Assembly (NCBI GenBank): GCA_965198945.1
Contig: CBDAQI010000004.1
Location: forward strand, 32,001 to 96,000
Reading direction: 5' to 3'
DNA from: Thermodesulfobacteriota bacterium
GTDB taxonomy: Bacteria > Desulfobacterota_D > UBA1144 > Nemesobacterales > Mycalebacteriaceae
Length of the DNA stretch: 64,000 nt
Each line of letters opens with the position of its first letter. Positions within the stretch are counted from its first letter, which is position 1. Both the position numbers and the translations under genes were made by a program. A model generated the notes under the pieces. It was given only the letters and a program-made list of their open reading frames with translations, did not search any database and had not been told where the DNA came from. Below, in pieces: positions 10,328-22,038 of this stretch.

Positions 10328-11911
10328 TCAGTTTTCCGGGTTTTCTTTAAGCAGTTTGTAATCTATGCTGTCTATCAGAGCCTTCCAGCTTGCCTCAACA
10401 AGATTCTCAGACACCCCGACCGTGTTCCAGACGGTTTCACTGTCTCCCGATTCAACAAGAACCCGAACCACGGAATCGGTGCCCTTTGATCTTGAAACCA
10501 CGCGGACTTTGTAGTCTTTCAAACTCATTTCACAGATTGACGGAAAAAAGCCCTCAAGCGACTGCCTTAGGGCTTTGTCAAGAGCGTTCACGGGACCGTT
10601 TCCCAAAGCTTTTGATTTTTCCATTTTGCCTTCCACGCTGACAGACACCTCCGCCGATGAAACGGGGCTGCCCTCTTTTCCCAGCCGCTCAACGGCGGTT
10701 GATATGTCTTCCACAAAGAAACGTTTTTTATACAGGCCCAGATGCTTTCTCACAAGAAGTTCAAATGACGCTTCCGCTCTTTCAAACTCGTATCCCTTGT
10801 TTTCCAGTTCTTTTAGTTTTGCGAGAATTTCAAGCACCCTCTTGTCATCGGAACCTATTTTTATCCCGATTTCCGCGGCCTTTGAAATTATGTTTGCCCT
10901 GCCTGAAAGATCCGAGACCAGAACTCTTCTCCGGTTTCCGACAAGCTCAGGGTCTATGTGCTCATAGGTTTCGGGGTTTTTGAGAACCGCGCTTGCGTGA
11001 AGCCCCCCTTTATGTGCAAAAGCGCTTTCTCCGACGAAGGCTTTTTTCTTCAAAGGGTTGAGGTTTGCAAGCTCATTGATGAAGTGAGCGACTTCATACA
11101 GTTTTTCCAGACGGCCGTTTTCAATGCATTCCATCCCGAGTTTAAGGCGGATGTTGGGTATGATTGAACACAGATTTGCGTTGCCGCACCTTTCTCCGTA
11201 ACCGTTGATTGTTCCCTGCACGTGCCTTGCCCCGCCCCTGACGGCGCAGAGTGTGTTTGCGACCCCCTGTTCGGTGTCGTTGTGGGCGTGGATTCCGACT
11301 GGCGCTTCCCCTCCGAGAGATTTGATTGTTTCTGAGACTGTTTCTTGAATTTCCCAGGGCATTGAACCGCCGTTTGTGTCACAGAGAACAACCGCATCCG
11401 CCCCGGAATCAATAGCCGCGTTTGCGGCTGCAATGGCGTAGTCGGCATTTGCCTTGAATCCGTCAAAAAAATGCTCGGCGTCAAAAAATACCGTTTCCAT
11501 TCTGGCTTTAAGGTATTTTACCGTGTCGCTTATCATTGCAAGGTTTTCATCCGGTGTTGTTTCAAGCACGGTTTTCACCTGAAAGTCCCAGCTTTTGCCT
11601 ACAATGGCGGCGACTGAAACGCCTGTTTTCAGAAGCGTTTGAATGTTCGGGTCTTTATCGCAGGAGGTTCCCGCCCGCCGTGTGCTTGAAAAAGCGCTGA
11701 CCCGGCAGCCGCCCGTATTGAGTTTTAGGGCGCGCTCAAAATACTCTCTGTCCCGTTCATTTGAGCCCGGCCATCCGCCCTCTATGTAATCCACTCCGAG
11801 TTCGGCGATCTTTCCGGTGATTTGCACTTTGTCTTCAACGGAAAAAGATATTCCTTCTCCCTGTGTGCCGTCTCTAAGGGTTACATCATATATTTCCACG
11901 CTCTCACCCAT
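10328..11911 (-). CDS. cimA: Citramalate synthase
   Basis: YDVTLRDGTQGE, FDAEHFFDG, HAHND, AFAHKGGLH; LeuA-type regulatory C-terminus. Confidence 0.9.
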   Translation of the reverse strand: MGESVEIYDVTLRDGTQGEGISFSVEDKVQITGKIAELGVDYIEGGWPGSNERDREYFERALKLNTGGCRVSAFSSTRRAGTSCDKDPNIQTLLKTGVSVAAIVGKSWDFQVKTVLETTPDENLAMISDTVKYLKARMETVFFDAEHFFDGFKANADYAIAAANAAIDSGADAVVLCDTNGGSMPWEIQETVSETIKSLGGEAPVGIHAHNDTEQGVANTLCAVRGGARHVQGTINGYGERCGNANLCSIIPNIRLKLGMECIENGRLEKLYEVAHFINELANLNPLKKKAFVGESAFAHKGGLHASAVLKNPETYEHIDPELVGNRRRVLVSDLSGRANIISKAAEIGIKIGSDDKRVLEILAKLKELENKGYEFERAEASFELLVRKHLGLYKKRFFVEDISTAVERLGKEGSPVSSAEVSVSVEGKMEKSKALGNGPVNALDKALRQSLEGFFPSICEMSLKDYKVRVVSRSKGTDSVVRVLVESGDSETVWNTVGVSENLVEASWKALIDSIDYKLLKENPEN

Positions 11912-13135
11912 TTTTACCGCCGAAAAATTCATCGTGAAGGGCGTGCACGGCGAGTTCTGTCTCGTTTTCGCGCACTATGCACGATATTTTAATTTCAGAA
12001 GTGCTTATCATAATTATGTTTATTTTTTTGCGCGCAAGCGTTTCAAACATTCTGGAGGCCACTCCAGAATGAGATCTCATTCCTATTCCGATTATTGAGA
12101 TTTTTGCTATTTTCTCATCAGATGAGACTTCTCGCGCCCCCGTCTTTTCAGACAGTTTACGAATTGTTCCGGAGGCTCTTTTGAATTCAGCGCGCGGAAC
12201 TGTGAATGTAACATCATTAAATCCTTCATGGCTGATATTTTGAACTATCATGTCCACCGATATGCCTTCCTGCGCAAGCGCTGAGAAGATCATCGCCGCC
12301 ACCCCCGGTTGGTCGGGAACACCCGCTATTGTAAGTTTCGACTGATTTTTGTCAGAGCTTACGCCGGACACCACCGCTTCTTCAATTGATTCCATGCCAC
12401 TTTCCTCCATAACCCATGTTCCCCTCTTTTTCCGGAGCGCTTATGGGGCGCACATGAAGGGGAATTGAAAATTTGTTCGCATGCTCAACGGCTCTTGCCT
12501 GAAGAACTTTCGCCCCGGCCCCCGCCATTTCAAGCATCTCTTCATAGCAGATTCTATCAAGCTTTTCCGCGTCTTTGCACACCGAAGGGTCGGCGGAAAA
12601 AAATTCCGTCAACATCCTTGTAGAGTTCACATGCTTCCGCTTTGAGAACAGACGCAATTGCAACCGCCGTCAGGTCTGTGCCGCCTCTGCCGAGGGTCGT
12701 AACGTTGCCTTCGTCGTCAACTCCCTGAAACCCCGCAACAACAACAACCTTTTCTGAGTTCAGCGCCTCTCTTATTTTGCGGTCATCAATAGCCTTTATC
12801 TTTGCGCCCGAAAATGAGTTGTCCGTTATGACACGCACCTGATGACCCTGAAAAGAAATGGCGTCATGCCCGAGAGATTTGATTTTCATGCACAGAAGCC
12901 CGGAGGAAACCTGCTCTCCGCTTGAGATTATAACATCAAGCTCGCGTTTGTCGGGCGGGTCCATAATCTCGCGGGCGAGATTTGTCAGACGGTCGGTTTC
13001 ACCCGCCATGGCAGACACGACAGCCACAATTCTGTTGTTTTTTTTGGCGCTTGCGACGATATTTTCCGCCACACGACCAATCCGCTCAATGCCTGAAACG
13101 CTTGCTCCGCCGTATTTTTGAACTATAAGACCCAT
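11904..13135 (-). CDS. lysC: Aspartate kinase, split by two +1 homopolymer frameshifts (about 12600 and 12423)
   Basis: [34 protein letters not shown] and ACT domains across three ORFs. Confidence 0.9.
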
Positions 13136-13294
13136 CTTGCTTCACGCTGTTTTTTGTTGAATGCCTATTATAACAGCAGCGCTTACGGACAAAAATGGGG
13201 GATATCCCAAGCCAGTAAAAAAATTTTCCGATAATTGTTGACAAATTACTCAAAAAGGTTATTAAGCGAAGTTTTTTATTAAGGAGATTTGTAA

Positions 13295-14103
13295 ATGAAG
13301 AGAAACTCATTAAAAAAAAGGGGCTTTTATGTCCTGATTTTCTTTTTTACTGTTTTTTCCGGCGCTCGTGTGACTGCCGCGCAGGAATCTTTTAGTGTCG
13401 GGTCTTTGATAGATGTTGAGGATGTTGCAAAGGAATCGCTCGGCATTGCCGCTTTGAAGGACCTTGAGGTTGAAATATACGGCGGATGGGAATCAGAATA
13501 TGCCTCCGAAGGCCGTAAAGACCTTGCACAAGGAGGTATCTATATTTTCGGAGCCGGCGTTGGATACAAAGGCTTCCTCACCGCTTTTGACTATGTCGGG
13601 GAGCGACAAAAAAAATTACACTGAAGTGAATCTAACCGCCGCTTACGGTTTGGAGTTCAAAGGTTTTGAGATTGAGGTCGGCTATACAAGGCTTGAATTC
13701 ATCCACGACAACACAAAAGACAATGAATGGGGCGGAGAAATTTCATATGGGCTGATTCCTTTTGTTGTGCCGTTCTCCACGTTGTTTATTCAACGGAGGC
13801 GGAGGGGTCTTTTGCGGAGATTGGTCTTTCTCTTGACCTCCCAAAAGTTGTCGGTCTCATCAGTGTTTCCCCTTATGCTCTTCAGTCTTTTGATTTCGGC
13901 TACAGAACTAAGGCAAATGACGGGTTGAACAATTTTCAGATAGGAGTTGAAACCGTGTATTTGATGTTTTGCCCGGCCTTTCTATGGTGGCCCACCTCAA
14001 CCACAGTGTGAAACAGAAAGATATCAAAGAAGAAATTAAAAGTGACCCGGAGGTGAAAGCCGCCGGAACATGGGGAGGAGTTTCACTCGTCTTTGCCCTT
14101 TGA
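13295..14103 (+). CDS. Outer membrane beta-barrel (TorF-like putative porin), several frameshifts
   Basis: Signal peptide; segments ESEYASEGRKDL, YTEVNLTAAYG and GTWGGVSLVFAL across frames. Confidence 0.55.
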
Positions 14104-14124
14104 AACTTTCAAGGAGAAAATTAA

Positions 14125-15404
14125 ATGAAAGTTTTTTACTTATTTTTTGTTTCGGTTTTTGCGTCGGCGGTTTTGTTATTACAGGCTCAGGCCGCCGGGG
14201 GCTGATGAAAAAATTGAGATTATCAACAACTACTCAAACATAGCGATGGCTTCCTACGGCGATTCTCTGACGCTTGCCCGCGCTCTTGACTCCGCGATTG
14301 ATTCGCTGATTAAGTCGCCTTCGGAGGAGACTCTTCTTGCCGCACGCTCGGCATGGATTGCCGCACGTGTTCCGTATATGCAAACCGAAGTTTTTCGTTT
14401 CGGCAATCCCATAGTGGACGACTGGGAGATCAGAGTCAATGCATGGCCTCTTGATGAAAGTCTGATTGACTATGTGGATGCCTCATATGGAAACGATTTC
14501 GGAGGAGAGTTTCGTCCGGTCAATGTCATTGCCAACAAAAAAATAACGATTGGCGGCAAGAAAGTGAATGCGAGCAAAATCACGACCGCGCTTCTGCGTG
14601 ACACTCTGCATGAGGCGGAAAACAATGAAGACAATGTTGCCACCGGATACCACGCGATTGAGTTTCTTTTGTGGGGTCAGGATCTCAACGGAACCGGGCC
14701 CGGAACGGGAAACCGTCCGGCAACTGATTTTAATTCCCGCAGGGGCAAATGCACCGGGGGCAAATGCAAAAGGCGGGCCCGTTATCTGAAAACCCGCTTC
14801 ATCGCTTCTTGTTTCGGATTTGGAAAAAATGGTCGGATACTGGGCTGAAGGAGGGGCGGCTCGGGAAAATCTTCTTAAAGATTCCGATGTTGGAATATCG
14901 GCCATTATCAAGGGCATGGGTTCGCTCTCATATGGCGAACTTGCCGGTGAGAGGATGCAGCTCGGACTTCTCCTGCATGACCCGGAGGAAGAACAGGACT
15001 GTTTTTCCGACAATACACACAATTCCCACTACTTTAATCAAATAGGGATTCGCAACGTATATACGGGTCATTACCGTCGGATTGACGGCTCTGTTATAAG
15101 CGGCGCTTCGCTTGCGGATTTGGTGGGTCGGGTGTCGGAGGATGTAAACGGGAGGGTGCTTAATTCCGTGGATAAAACCATTGAGGCAATGTCCGAGTTG
15201 CGTTCACGGGCTGAGAGTATTGAGGCTTACGACCAGATGATAGAGAAGGGCAATGCCAAAGGCAACTCAGTTGTGCAATCCGCGGTTGATGCTCTTATTA
15301 ATCAGTCGGTTGCAATTGAGGAAATACACGCGCCGCTCAAACTCGGGTCTATTGAATTTGAAGGCTCGGACAGTCTTGATAATCCGTCCTCTGTTTTTCA
15401 ATAA
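14125..15404 (+). CDS. Imelysin-family iron-regulated protein (IrpA-like), two +1 homopolymer frameshifts
   Basis: RVNAWPLDESLIDYV, ATGYHAIEFLLWGQD, EEEQDCFSDNTH. Confidence 0.88.
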
Positions 15405-15420
15405 ATAATCAGCGGATACA

Positions 15421-16951
15421 ATGCGTCCGAATCATTTTTTTATTGTCGTTGCTTTTGCCGGGGTTTTTTTCGCGCAACTCGTTTTTGCACATATCAATAC
15501 GGACGGGTTGCTCAGGCCCGACCTGACTGAGGATGAGCGGAAGCGTGTTGACAATCTGACTCGTCCGGCGACCTCTTTTGACAAACCGGAGGCTTTTGAA
15601 ATGATGCAGGGCGGCGCGGGAACTTCGCTGAAATTGATTAACCGCGACTCTTTTTCCAACCCCTCACAGAACCTGACTTTTGAGCAGCAGAGCAAGTTTC
15701 AGATTGGAAACGCCTTTTTCCGCAAGACATGGGTCGCTTCGCCTTCTTCAACACTTGCTTCCGACGGTTTGGGACCTCTTTTTAATCTGAGAGCCTGCCA
15801 GAGTTGTCATTTGAAGGACGGACGCAGTTTAGCCCCGGCAGATTCAGGATTTATTCCCGATTCCATGGTTTTTTCCCTCGCAATTCCGCCGCGGAACGCC
15901 TTGGAAATTAAAGCGGTTGAAAGCAGGGCTATTCTGAATGTTCCCGAACCTGTTTACGGCGGACAGATACAGACTTCCTCCGTTCCTCCGGTCAGGCCCG
16001 AAGGGCGGGTCAGGGTTTTATATGAGCGGTTTCCCGTTCGGCTTGGCGGCGGAGAAGCGGTTTTTTTTGCGCCGTCCCTTTTACTCGGTTGAAGGCCTTG
16101 GATACGGGCCCCTCAGCAAAAGTGTCATTACCTCGGCCAGAGTCTCTCCTCAGGTTATAGGTCTTGGGCTTCTTGAGGCGATTCATCCGAATGACATCAT
16201 TGCGCATTCCGACCCGCAAGACAAAAACGGAGACGGAATTTCAGGCAGACCGAGTTTTGTCCGCGACGGGGAAACCGGCCGGCTTGTTCTGGGGCGTTTC
16301 GGCCATAAAGCATCCACCGAATCCGTTTTAGTGCAGTCCGCCAAAGCGTTTTTGAACGATATGGGGATATCAAATCCCCTTCAAAAGTCTGATTGGGGAG
16401 ATTGCACGAAAGAACAGGTTGAGTGCCGCAGATCTCCGCATGGAACACAAACCAGTCTAGGCGACACTGAGGCGCCCGACCCGATTCTTGAGTTTGTTGA
16501 TTTTTATGCAAGACACCTTGCCGTTCCGGCGCGCCGTGATGTTGACAGCGAAGAGGTTTTGCGCGGCAAACGGCTGTTTTACGAATCAAATTGCGTGTCT
16601 TGTCACACTCCAAAGTATGTGACACGCAAAGACACCGATTTGAAAGAAGACAGTTTTCAACTCATCTGGCCTTACACTGACCTTCTTCTGCACGATATGG
16701 GTGAAGGGCTTGCCGATGGCATGTCTGCGGGAGACGCTTCCGGTTCCGAGTGGCGCACACCGCCTCTGTGGGGTTTGGGTCTGGTAAAAACCGTCAGTCC
16801 GGACGCCGGGTATCTGCACGACGGAAGAGCAAAAACCCTTCTTGAGGCCATACTGTGGCACGGAGGCGAGGCACAGAAAGCACGGGATGAAGTTGTCTCA
16901 ATGACCCCGGAGCAGCGCAAAGACCTTATACGTTTTCTGGAGTCTCTCTAA
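15421..16951 (+). CDS. Di-haem oxidoreductase (DHOR) family protein, frameshift at T8 near 16065
   Basis: DGLGPLFNLRACQSCH, CVSCH, PYTDLLLHDMG, EWRTPPLWGLG. Confidence 0.88.
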
Positions 16952-17439
16952 AAACTGAAAACTTTTCGCAATTCCTTTTTTATACGGGCGGATTTATCTT
17001 CACTTGCGGTTATCCTGATTTTACGCGAGTTTTCATTTTCCCCGGTGGAGGTAATTTTAACTTCTATTGAATCTCCGAAAGTTGAAGGGAGATTTTCCGC
17101 CCATTCAACGGCTGATATGCCTTCACCGTGGAGAATTTCGGTAAACCCGAGTTCCCGGAACTCTTCGGGCGAAGGGTTTCTATAGAGGTCAAAGTGGTGA
17201 AAAAAACCTTTTTGAGAAACCGGGTTCCGGTAGCGGTTCATTATCACAAATGTGGGGCTCGTTATGTTTTCCTCAATTCCGAGACCGCGCGCAAGTCCGC
17301 GCGCAATTACGGTTTTCCCAGCTCCGAGATTTCCGCACAGTCTGACAACGCTTCCCGGTTCAAGAGCTTTTGCAAGAGCCGCTCCGAGCCGCTCGGTTTC
17401 CCGTTCTGATGAAGTTTGTATGCAAATTCCGTTTTTCAA
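16948..17439 (-). CDS. tsaE: tRNA t6A biosynthesis ATPase
   Basis: GNLGAGKT, ITSPTF, HFDLYR, VEWAE. Confidence 0.93.
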   Translation of the reverse strand: MKNGICIQTSSERETERLGAALAKALEPGSVVRLCGNLGAGKTVIARGLARGLGIEENITSPTFVIMNRYRNPVSQKGFFHHFDLYRNPSPEEFRELGFTEILHGEGISAVEWAENLPSTFGDSIEVKITSTGENENSRKIRITASEDKSARIKKELRKVFSF

Positions 17440-17639
17440 TTTGAGTTAATCAATGGATATCTTGAAAGTGTGTCTCGTTACACAATTTTGGCTTTTATAC
17501 CATTATTAGAAGATCGGAAAAACTTACTCTCCCCTTTGGATTATTACTTAAATTCGCGCCGGTTGGCCGTATCCATAGTCTTCCTGTAGTTTCCGTGTGT
17601 TCGAGGAGCTTAGAAGCCTTGGTCGCCTCCCCCTCAATC

Positions 17640-17689
17640 TGATGCATGGCAACACCCGTCCCGCCGTATTTTTGAATCGCAAGATCCAT
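17640..17689 (-). pseudogene. Decayed duplicate of the lysC 5' end
   Basis: MDLAIQKYGGTGVA versus lys[15 protein letters not shown]; 16-nt identity 17661-17676 = 13107-13122. Confidence 0.75.
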
Positions 17690-17821
17690 TTTTTCCTCTG
17701 TTTTTCGTTAGGCTCGTATTATAACAGAATCTAATGGCGGGAGATTTTTCCATGAATTTTTTGACTGAATAGGGTTTTTATATCACAATAACAGAAACTT
17801 TTTAATCAAGAAGGTTTTGAA

Positions 17822-20146
17822 ATGAAAAAAAATTATTTGGAAGAGTAATTTTCACCGCAGTCTTGATATTTTTTGTCGGGTGCCGGTTTTATGTCACATT
17901 CGCGCAGGAGGTTGAAGAAGCGGTTATTCCCGGAGAAACAATTTTTGTTATAGGGTCAAAAGCTGCTGTGAATGAATTGCTCGGCGCCGGCCATTACATA
18001 GATGCGGGTGAATGGCGCAGTCGCGGCTATGATGACACAAACCGCGCGCTCAGGTTTGAGCCGGGAATCTATTTGCGCGAAGAAGACGGCTACGGGCTTT
18101 TCCCGAACATCAGTTTGCGCGGGGTGGATTCGCAGCGCACAAGCAAACTCACTATTATGGAAGACGGCATTCCTACCGCGCCCGCGCCTTACTCTGCTCC
18201 GGCCGCGTATTACTCTCCGGCCCTTGGTCGTATGAGCGCAGTGGAGATTCTCAAAGGCTCAAGCCAGATTCAATACGGGCCGAATACAACGGGTGGAATT
18301 ATCAACTACATTTCAACTCTCGTTCCGGAGAAGCCGACCGCTTACATCAGCACTTCCTACGGAAGCCACAATGACTATCGCCTGCACGCATGGGGTGGCA
18401 CTTCAGTCCAATAAACCCACCGGGCGCTACGGCGCGCTTGGAGAGGTTTTTCTGTGCGACACCGACGGCTTCAAAAACATAAAAACGGGTTCTATAATTC
18501 CCGACACATACATTGACGATGACACCGGATTCAAAAGGCTTGAGGGAATGGCTAAGCTATTCTGGGAACCGAATACAAGCTGGTATCAGCGTCTTGAATT
18601 CAAGATAGGGCACACCACGCTTGATGCCAATGAAACCTATCTGGGTTTGTCGGACTCCGATTTCAGGGCTGACCCTTATCAGCGTTATTTTGCATCTTTC
18701 CGAGACAACATAGACACCGAGCAATGGCGGTCATACCTGCGCTGGACGGCAAAGCCGGTTGAAGATTTGAAGGTTACCGTAACAGCTTTTTACAACAAGT
18801 TTTTCCGTAACTGGTATAAGTATCACGGCGGCTCAAGTTTGAAAGACTCAAACCTTGAAATTTTGAGAGGGAACGCGGTGAGGGAAGGTAACGGCAGGGA
18901 GTTTGAATATCGCAACAACCGCCGTTTCTATGATTCGCGCGGTGTGGAGGTTGGGGCGGAATACGAAATTGAGACCGGTCCGGTTTTACACAATTGGCGC
19001 ACCGGAGTCCGCCTGATGAGTGACTATATTCGCAGAGACCAGAACGATGAAAGTTATAATATCAATGAGGCGGACGGCAAGATAACAATAACTGATGACG
19101 GGCGCTGCTCGGGCGCATGCCGGAAAGAGGAATCAAGGGCCATTGCATTTTTTCTTTCAGATGAAATGACCTACGGACGGTTCCGTCTAGCTCCGGGAAT
19201 TCGCTACGAACATGTGGATCAGGAATCTCGGCGTTACTATTTCAACCAGTCCACCGGACAGCTTGAACTGCTTGACAGGGCAAGCGGAATCAACGGTAAA
19301 GATCACTACGAGGGCGGCATAAACATGTTTTCTTCGGGTGTGAGCGCGGGATTCAAGGCGCGTGACGGGCTCGACATTTTCGCGGGCATCCATCGGGGGG
19401 TTTCCATTCCCTCCCCATCGGCCCATCTTCGCAGCGGCCTTGAAGAAGAAACAAGCATTGCGAGCGAAATTGGAGTGAACTGGCAGCCTCTTCCGTTTGC
19501 TTACTTGAATACGACTTTTTTCCACACCAAGTTTAACGACCTGATTGTTGTTGACAACATCGGTTCAGGCGGAGCACCGGAAACCGAAAACGCCGGAAAC
19601 ATCAATGTAACGGGCTTGGAAATGAAAATAGCCACGGATTGGGGCGGGTTTTTTGACTGGAAGTTTTCCAATCCCTGGTATCTGGCCGTAACTCTTACAA
19701 AAGCGGAGCTTGACGGAAACTCCACGACCAGTGAAGCGGAATCGCTGTTTGAAGGCGGAAAAGACGGCAATGATGTTCCGTATATTCCCAACTACTTAGT
19801 CTCTTTTGGAACCGGAATTGAGTGGTCGCGTTTCGGATTTTTTGCCGACATCTATTTTGTGGATGAAACTTTCACCACGGTGGCAAACGTTAATTCTCCT
19901 CCGACCCCAGATCATGACGGCGACCCCATGACACCGGAACAGGTTGGCGATTACAGAATCGGCAAAACAGATTCTTACTGGATTGCTGATATTTCGGCTT
20001 ATGTTCAGTTGACTGGTGTTGTCCGCCTCACGGCAAGCGCGCACAACCTGTTTGACAAAAAATACATCGTGTCACGTCACCCGACAGGGCCGCGCCCCGG
20101 GCTTCCCCGCTCGTTTCTCGTCGGACTTGTCGCTAATATAAATTAA
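17822..20146 (+). CDS. TonB-dependent receptor (FecA-like), frameshifts at A8 near 17825 and near 18410
   Basis: REEDGYGLFPNISLRG, IMEDGIPTAPAPYSAPAAYY, NLFDKKYIVSRHPTGPRPG; adding one A restores signal MKKKLFGRVIFTAVLIFFVG. Confidence 0.88.
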
Positions 20147-20171
20147 ACACTCTCTCCTCTGCCTAAATTGT

Positions 20172-20193
20172 GACCGGCGGACAGCCGCCGGTC
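20172..20193 (+). terminator. Hairpin GACCGGCGG-ACAG-CCGCCGGTC after the TonB-dependent receptor
   Basis: Perfect 9-bp stem downstream of the stop codon. Confidence 0.6.
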
Positions 20194-20227
20194 CGGGTTG
20201 CTTTTAAGCGGATGTTATTTCAGTTTT

Positions 20228-20367
20228 GCGCAAGTCCCGACGCAATAACGTTTTTCCCGCACCTTCATTTCCGCGCAGCGTCCGGATTCAATCGCTTTCA
20301 CAAAAACCGTCTCCGGCCGCTCAGTTTTCCGCTCCGACTAAGTATTCATGACAATTCCGTTTTTCAA
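20228..20367 (-). pseudogene. Decayed duplicate of the tsaE 5' end directly after nnr
   Basis: Translates MKNGIVMNT*SERKTERP.../GNEGAGK versus TsaE MKNGICIQTSSERETERL...GNLGAGK; 18-nt identity 20353-20370 = 17425-17442. Confidence 0.8.
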
Positions 20368-20382
20368 TTTTTGACCAGTCGG

Positions 20383-21930
20383 TCAGTCAATCAAAGTTAC
20401 AAACTGCCCGCCGGATTTTCTTGCTTTGGCAAAAGCATTGGGGATATTCGCGCAAACCTCTCCGGCCCTCACGGAAACTCCTCCGGTTTTGTCCGCGCAG
20501 ATGTCTCCGGAAAGCCCGTGGATAAAAACTCCCAGGACAGACGCTTCTTCGGGTGTGTATCCCTGTGCGAGCAGTCCCCCGATAACGCCCGCAAGCACAT
20601 CTCCCATGCCGCCCGAAGCCATTGCGGGGTTCCCGGTCGGGTTGATGTAAGTGCGCCCTCCCGGCAACGCCGTTATTGTTCTCGCTCCTTTTAGAACAAC
20701 AAAACATCCCGTTTGCGAGGCGAGTTCACGCGCCGCTCCAATTCTGTCAGCTTGTATTTCCGCGGTTTTTTTGCCGCAAAGACGCCCCATTTCAGCCGGG
20801 TGAGGGGTTAGAATCGCAAAAGGCCCCATTTTCTCAAATAAGTCGGGATTGTTGGCAAGTATGTTCAGCCCGTCCGCATCTATCACCGTTGGAATACCAC
20901 ACCGCACGATGGTCTCACGGAAAAAAGCCGGTGTTTCATCACAAGCTGATATGCCCGGCCCGATAACAAGTGAGTTTTTGCCGCCCATAAGCCCGGCGGC
21001 TTTTTCAATCGCCGCCTTTCCGAAACAGCCTCCGGTTTCTTTGAGCGCTTCGGTCATTGCCTCTGCGGTTTTCTGTTCCGCCACATTGTGAATGCTTTCT
21101 GGCACTCCGAGAGTTACAAGACCCGAACCCGCCTGAATTGCAGCTTCTGAGGAAAGTATTGCCGCTCCCGATTTTCCGGTTGAGCCGGCCAGAACAAGAG
21201 TGTGTCCGAACGTGCCCTTGTGAGAGTCATGTGCGCGCGGTTTCATAATTTTTGCGCAGGTTTGATATGTTGTGATTTCACACTGAAGATTTTCTTCCAG
21301 ATGGCGCGGTGTGGTGATTCCGGCCACGAAAATTTCTCCGGCATATTCAACTCCGGGATGAACTGAGATGCCGATTTTCGGCGCCACAAATGTCACGGTT
21401 AAATCTGCTTTGACGGTTTTTCCGAGCACGGCTCCGGTGTTTGAGTCTATGCCTGAGGGAATATCAACCGAAAGGCGGGGGCATTTTGAGGCGTTTATAA
21501 AATCAATCAGTCCGGCATCAGACTTTCTCACCTCTGATTCAAGTCCCGTGCCAAGCAGGGCGTCCACAATAAGGTCGCAGGGGGCGATTTTAGAAGTGTC
21601 TCCGGCAATTTCAACTATCGGAATTCCGCTTTTTTCCGCTGAGCGCAGGTTTTCAAGAGGCTGATCCGAGTATTCCTTGATTTTTTTTGAAGTGTAAACC
21701 ACAACCTCCTTTTCTTTTCCCGCAAGATGACGCGCCGCGACGAAACCGTCTCCTCCGTTATTGCCCCCTCCGCAAATCACGGCGATTTTCCGCGCTTCGG
21801 GGAATTTCCGCAAAGCCGCCGAACAGACGGCTCTTCCGGCGTTCTCCATAAGAACATTTACGGAAATGCCGTATTCCTGAACCGAAGCGCGGTCAATTGC
21901 GCGTATTTCTTCTCTTGTTGCGACTTTCAT
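20383..21930 (-). CDS. nnr: Bifunctional NAD(P)H-hydrate epimerase/dehydratase
   Basis: LMENAG, GNNGGDG, HKGTFG, TPHPAEM, GGMGDVLAG. Confidence 0.93.
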   Translation of the reverse strand: MKVATREEIRAIDRASVQEYGISVNVLMENAGRAVCSAALRKFPEARKIAVICGGGNNGGDGFVAARHLAGKEKEVVVYTSKKIKEYSDQPLENLRSAEKSGIPIVEIAGDTSKIAPCDLIVDALLGTGLESEVRKSDAGLIDFINASKCPRLSVDIPSGIDSNTGAVLGKTVKADLTVTFVAPKIGISVHPGVEYAGEIFVAGITTPRHLEENLQCEITTYQTCAKIMKPRAHDSHKGTFGHTLVLAGSTGKSGAAILSSEAAIQAGSGLVTLGVPESIHNVAEQKTAEAMTEALKETGGCFGKAAIEKAAGLMGGKNSLVIGPGISACDETPAFFRETIVRCGIPTVIDADGLNILANNPDLFEKMGPFAILTPHPAEMGRLCGKKTAEIQADRIGAARELASQTGCFVVLKGARTITALPGGRTYINPTGNPAMASGGMGDVLAGVIGGLLAQGYTPEEASVLGVFIHGLSGDICADKTGGVSVRAGEVCANIPNAFAKARKSGGQFVTLID

Positions 21931-22038
21931 CGGTTTAATGTTAACAGGCGCGCACGATTGACCGCAAGCGCTCAGGGCATAATTGCCCGGCACGCTTGTT
22001 TGATTGAAAGGGCTGTTTGCGCGTGGTAAAATGAATCA

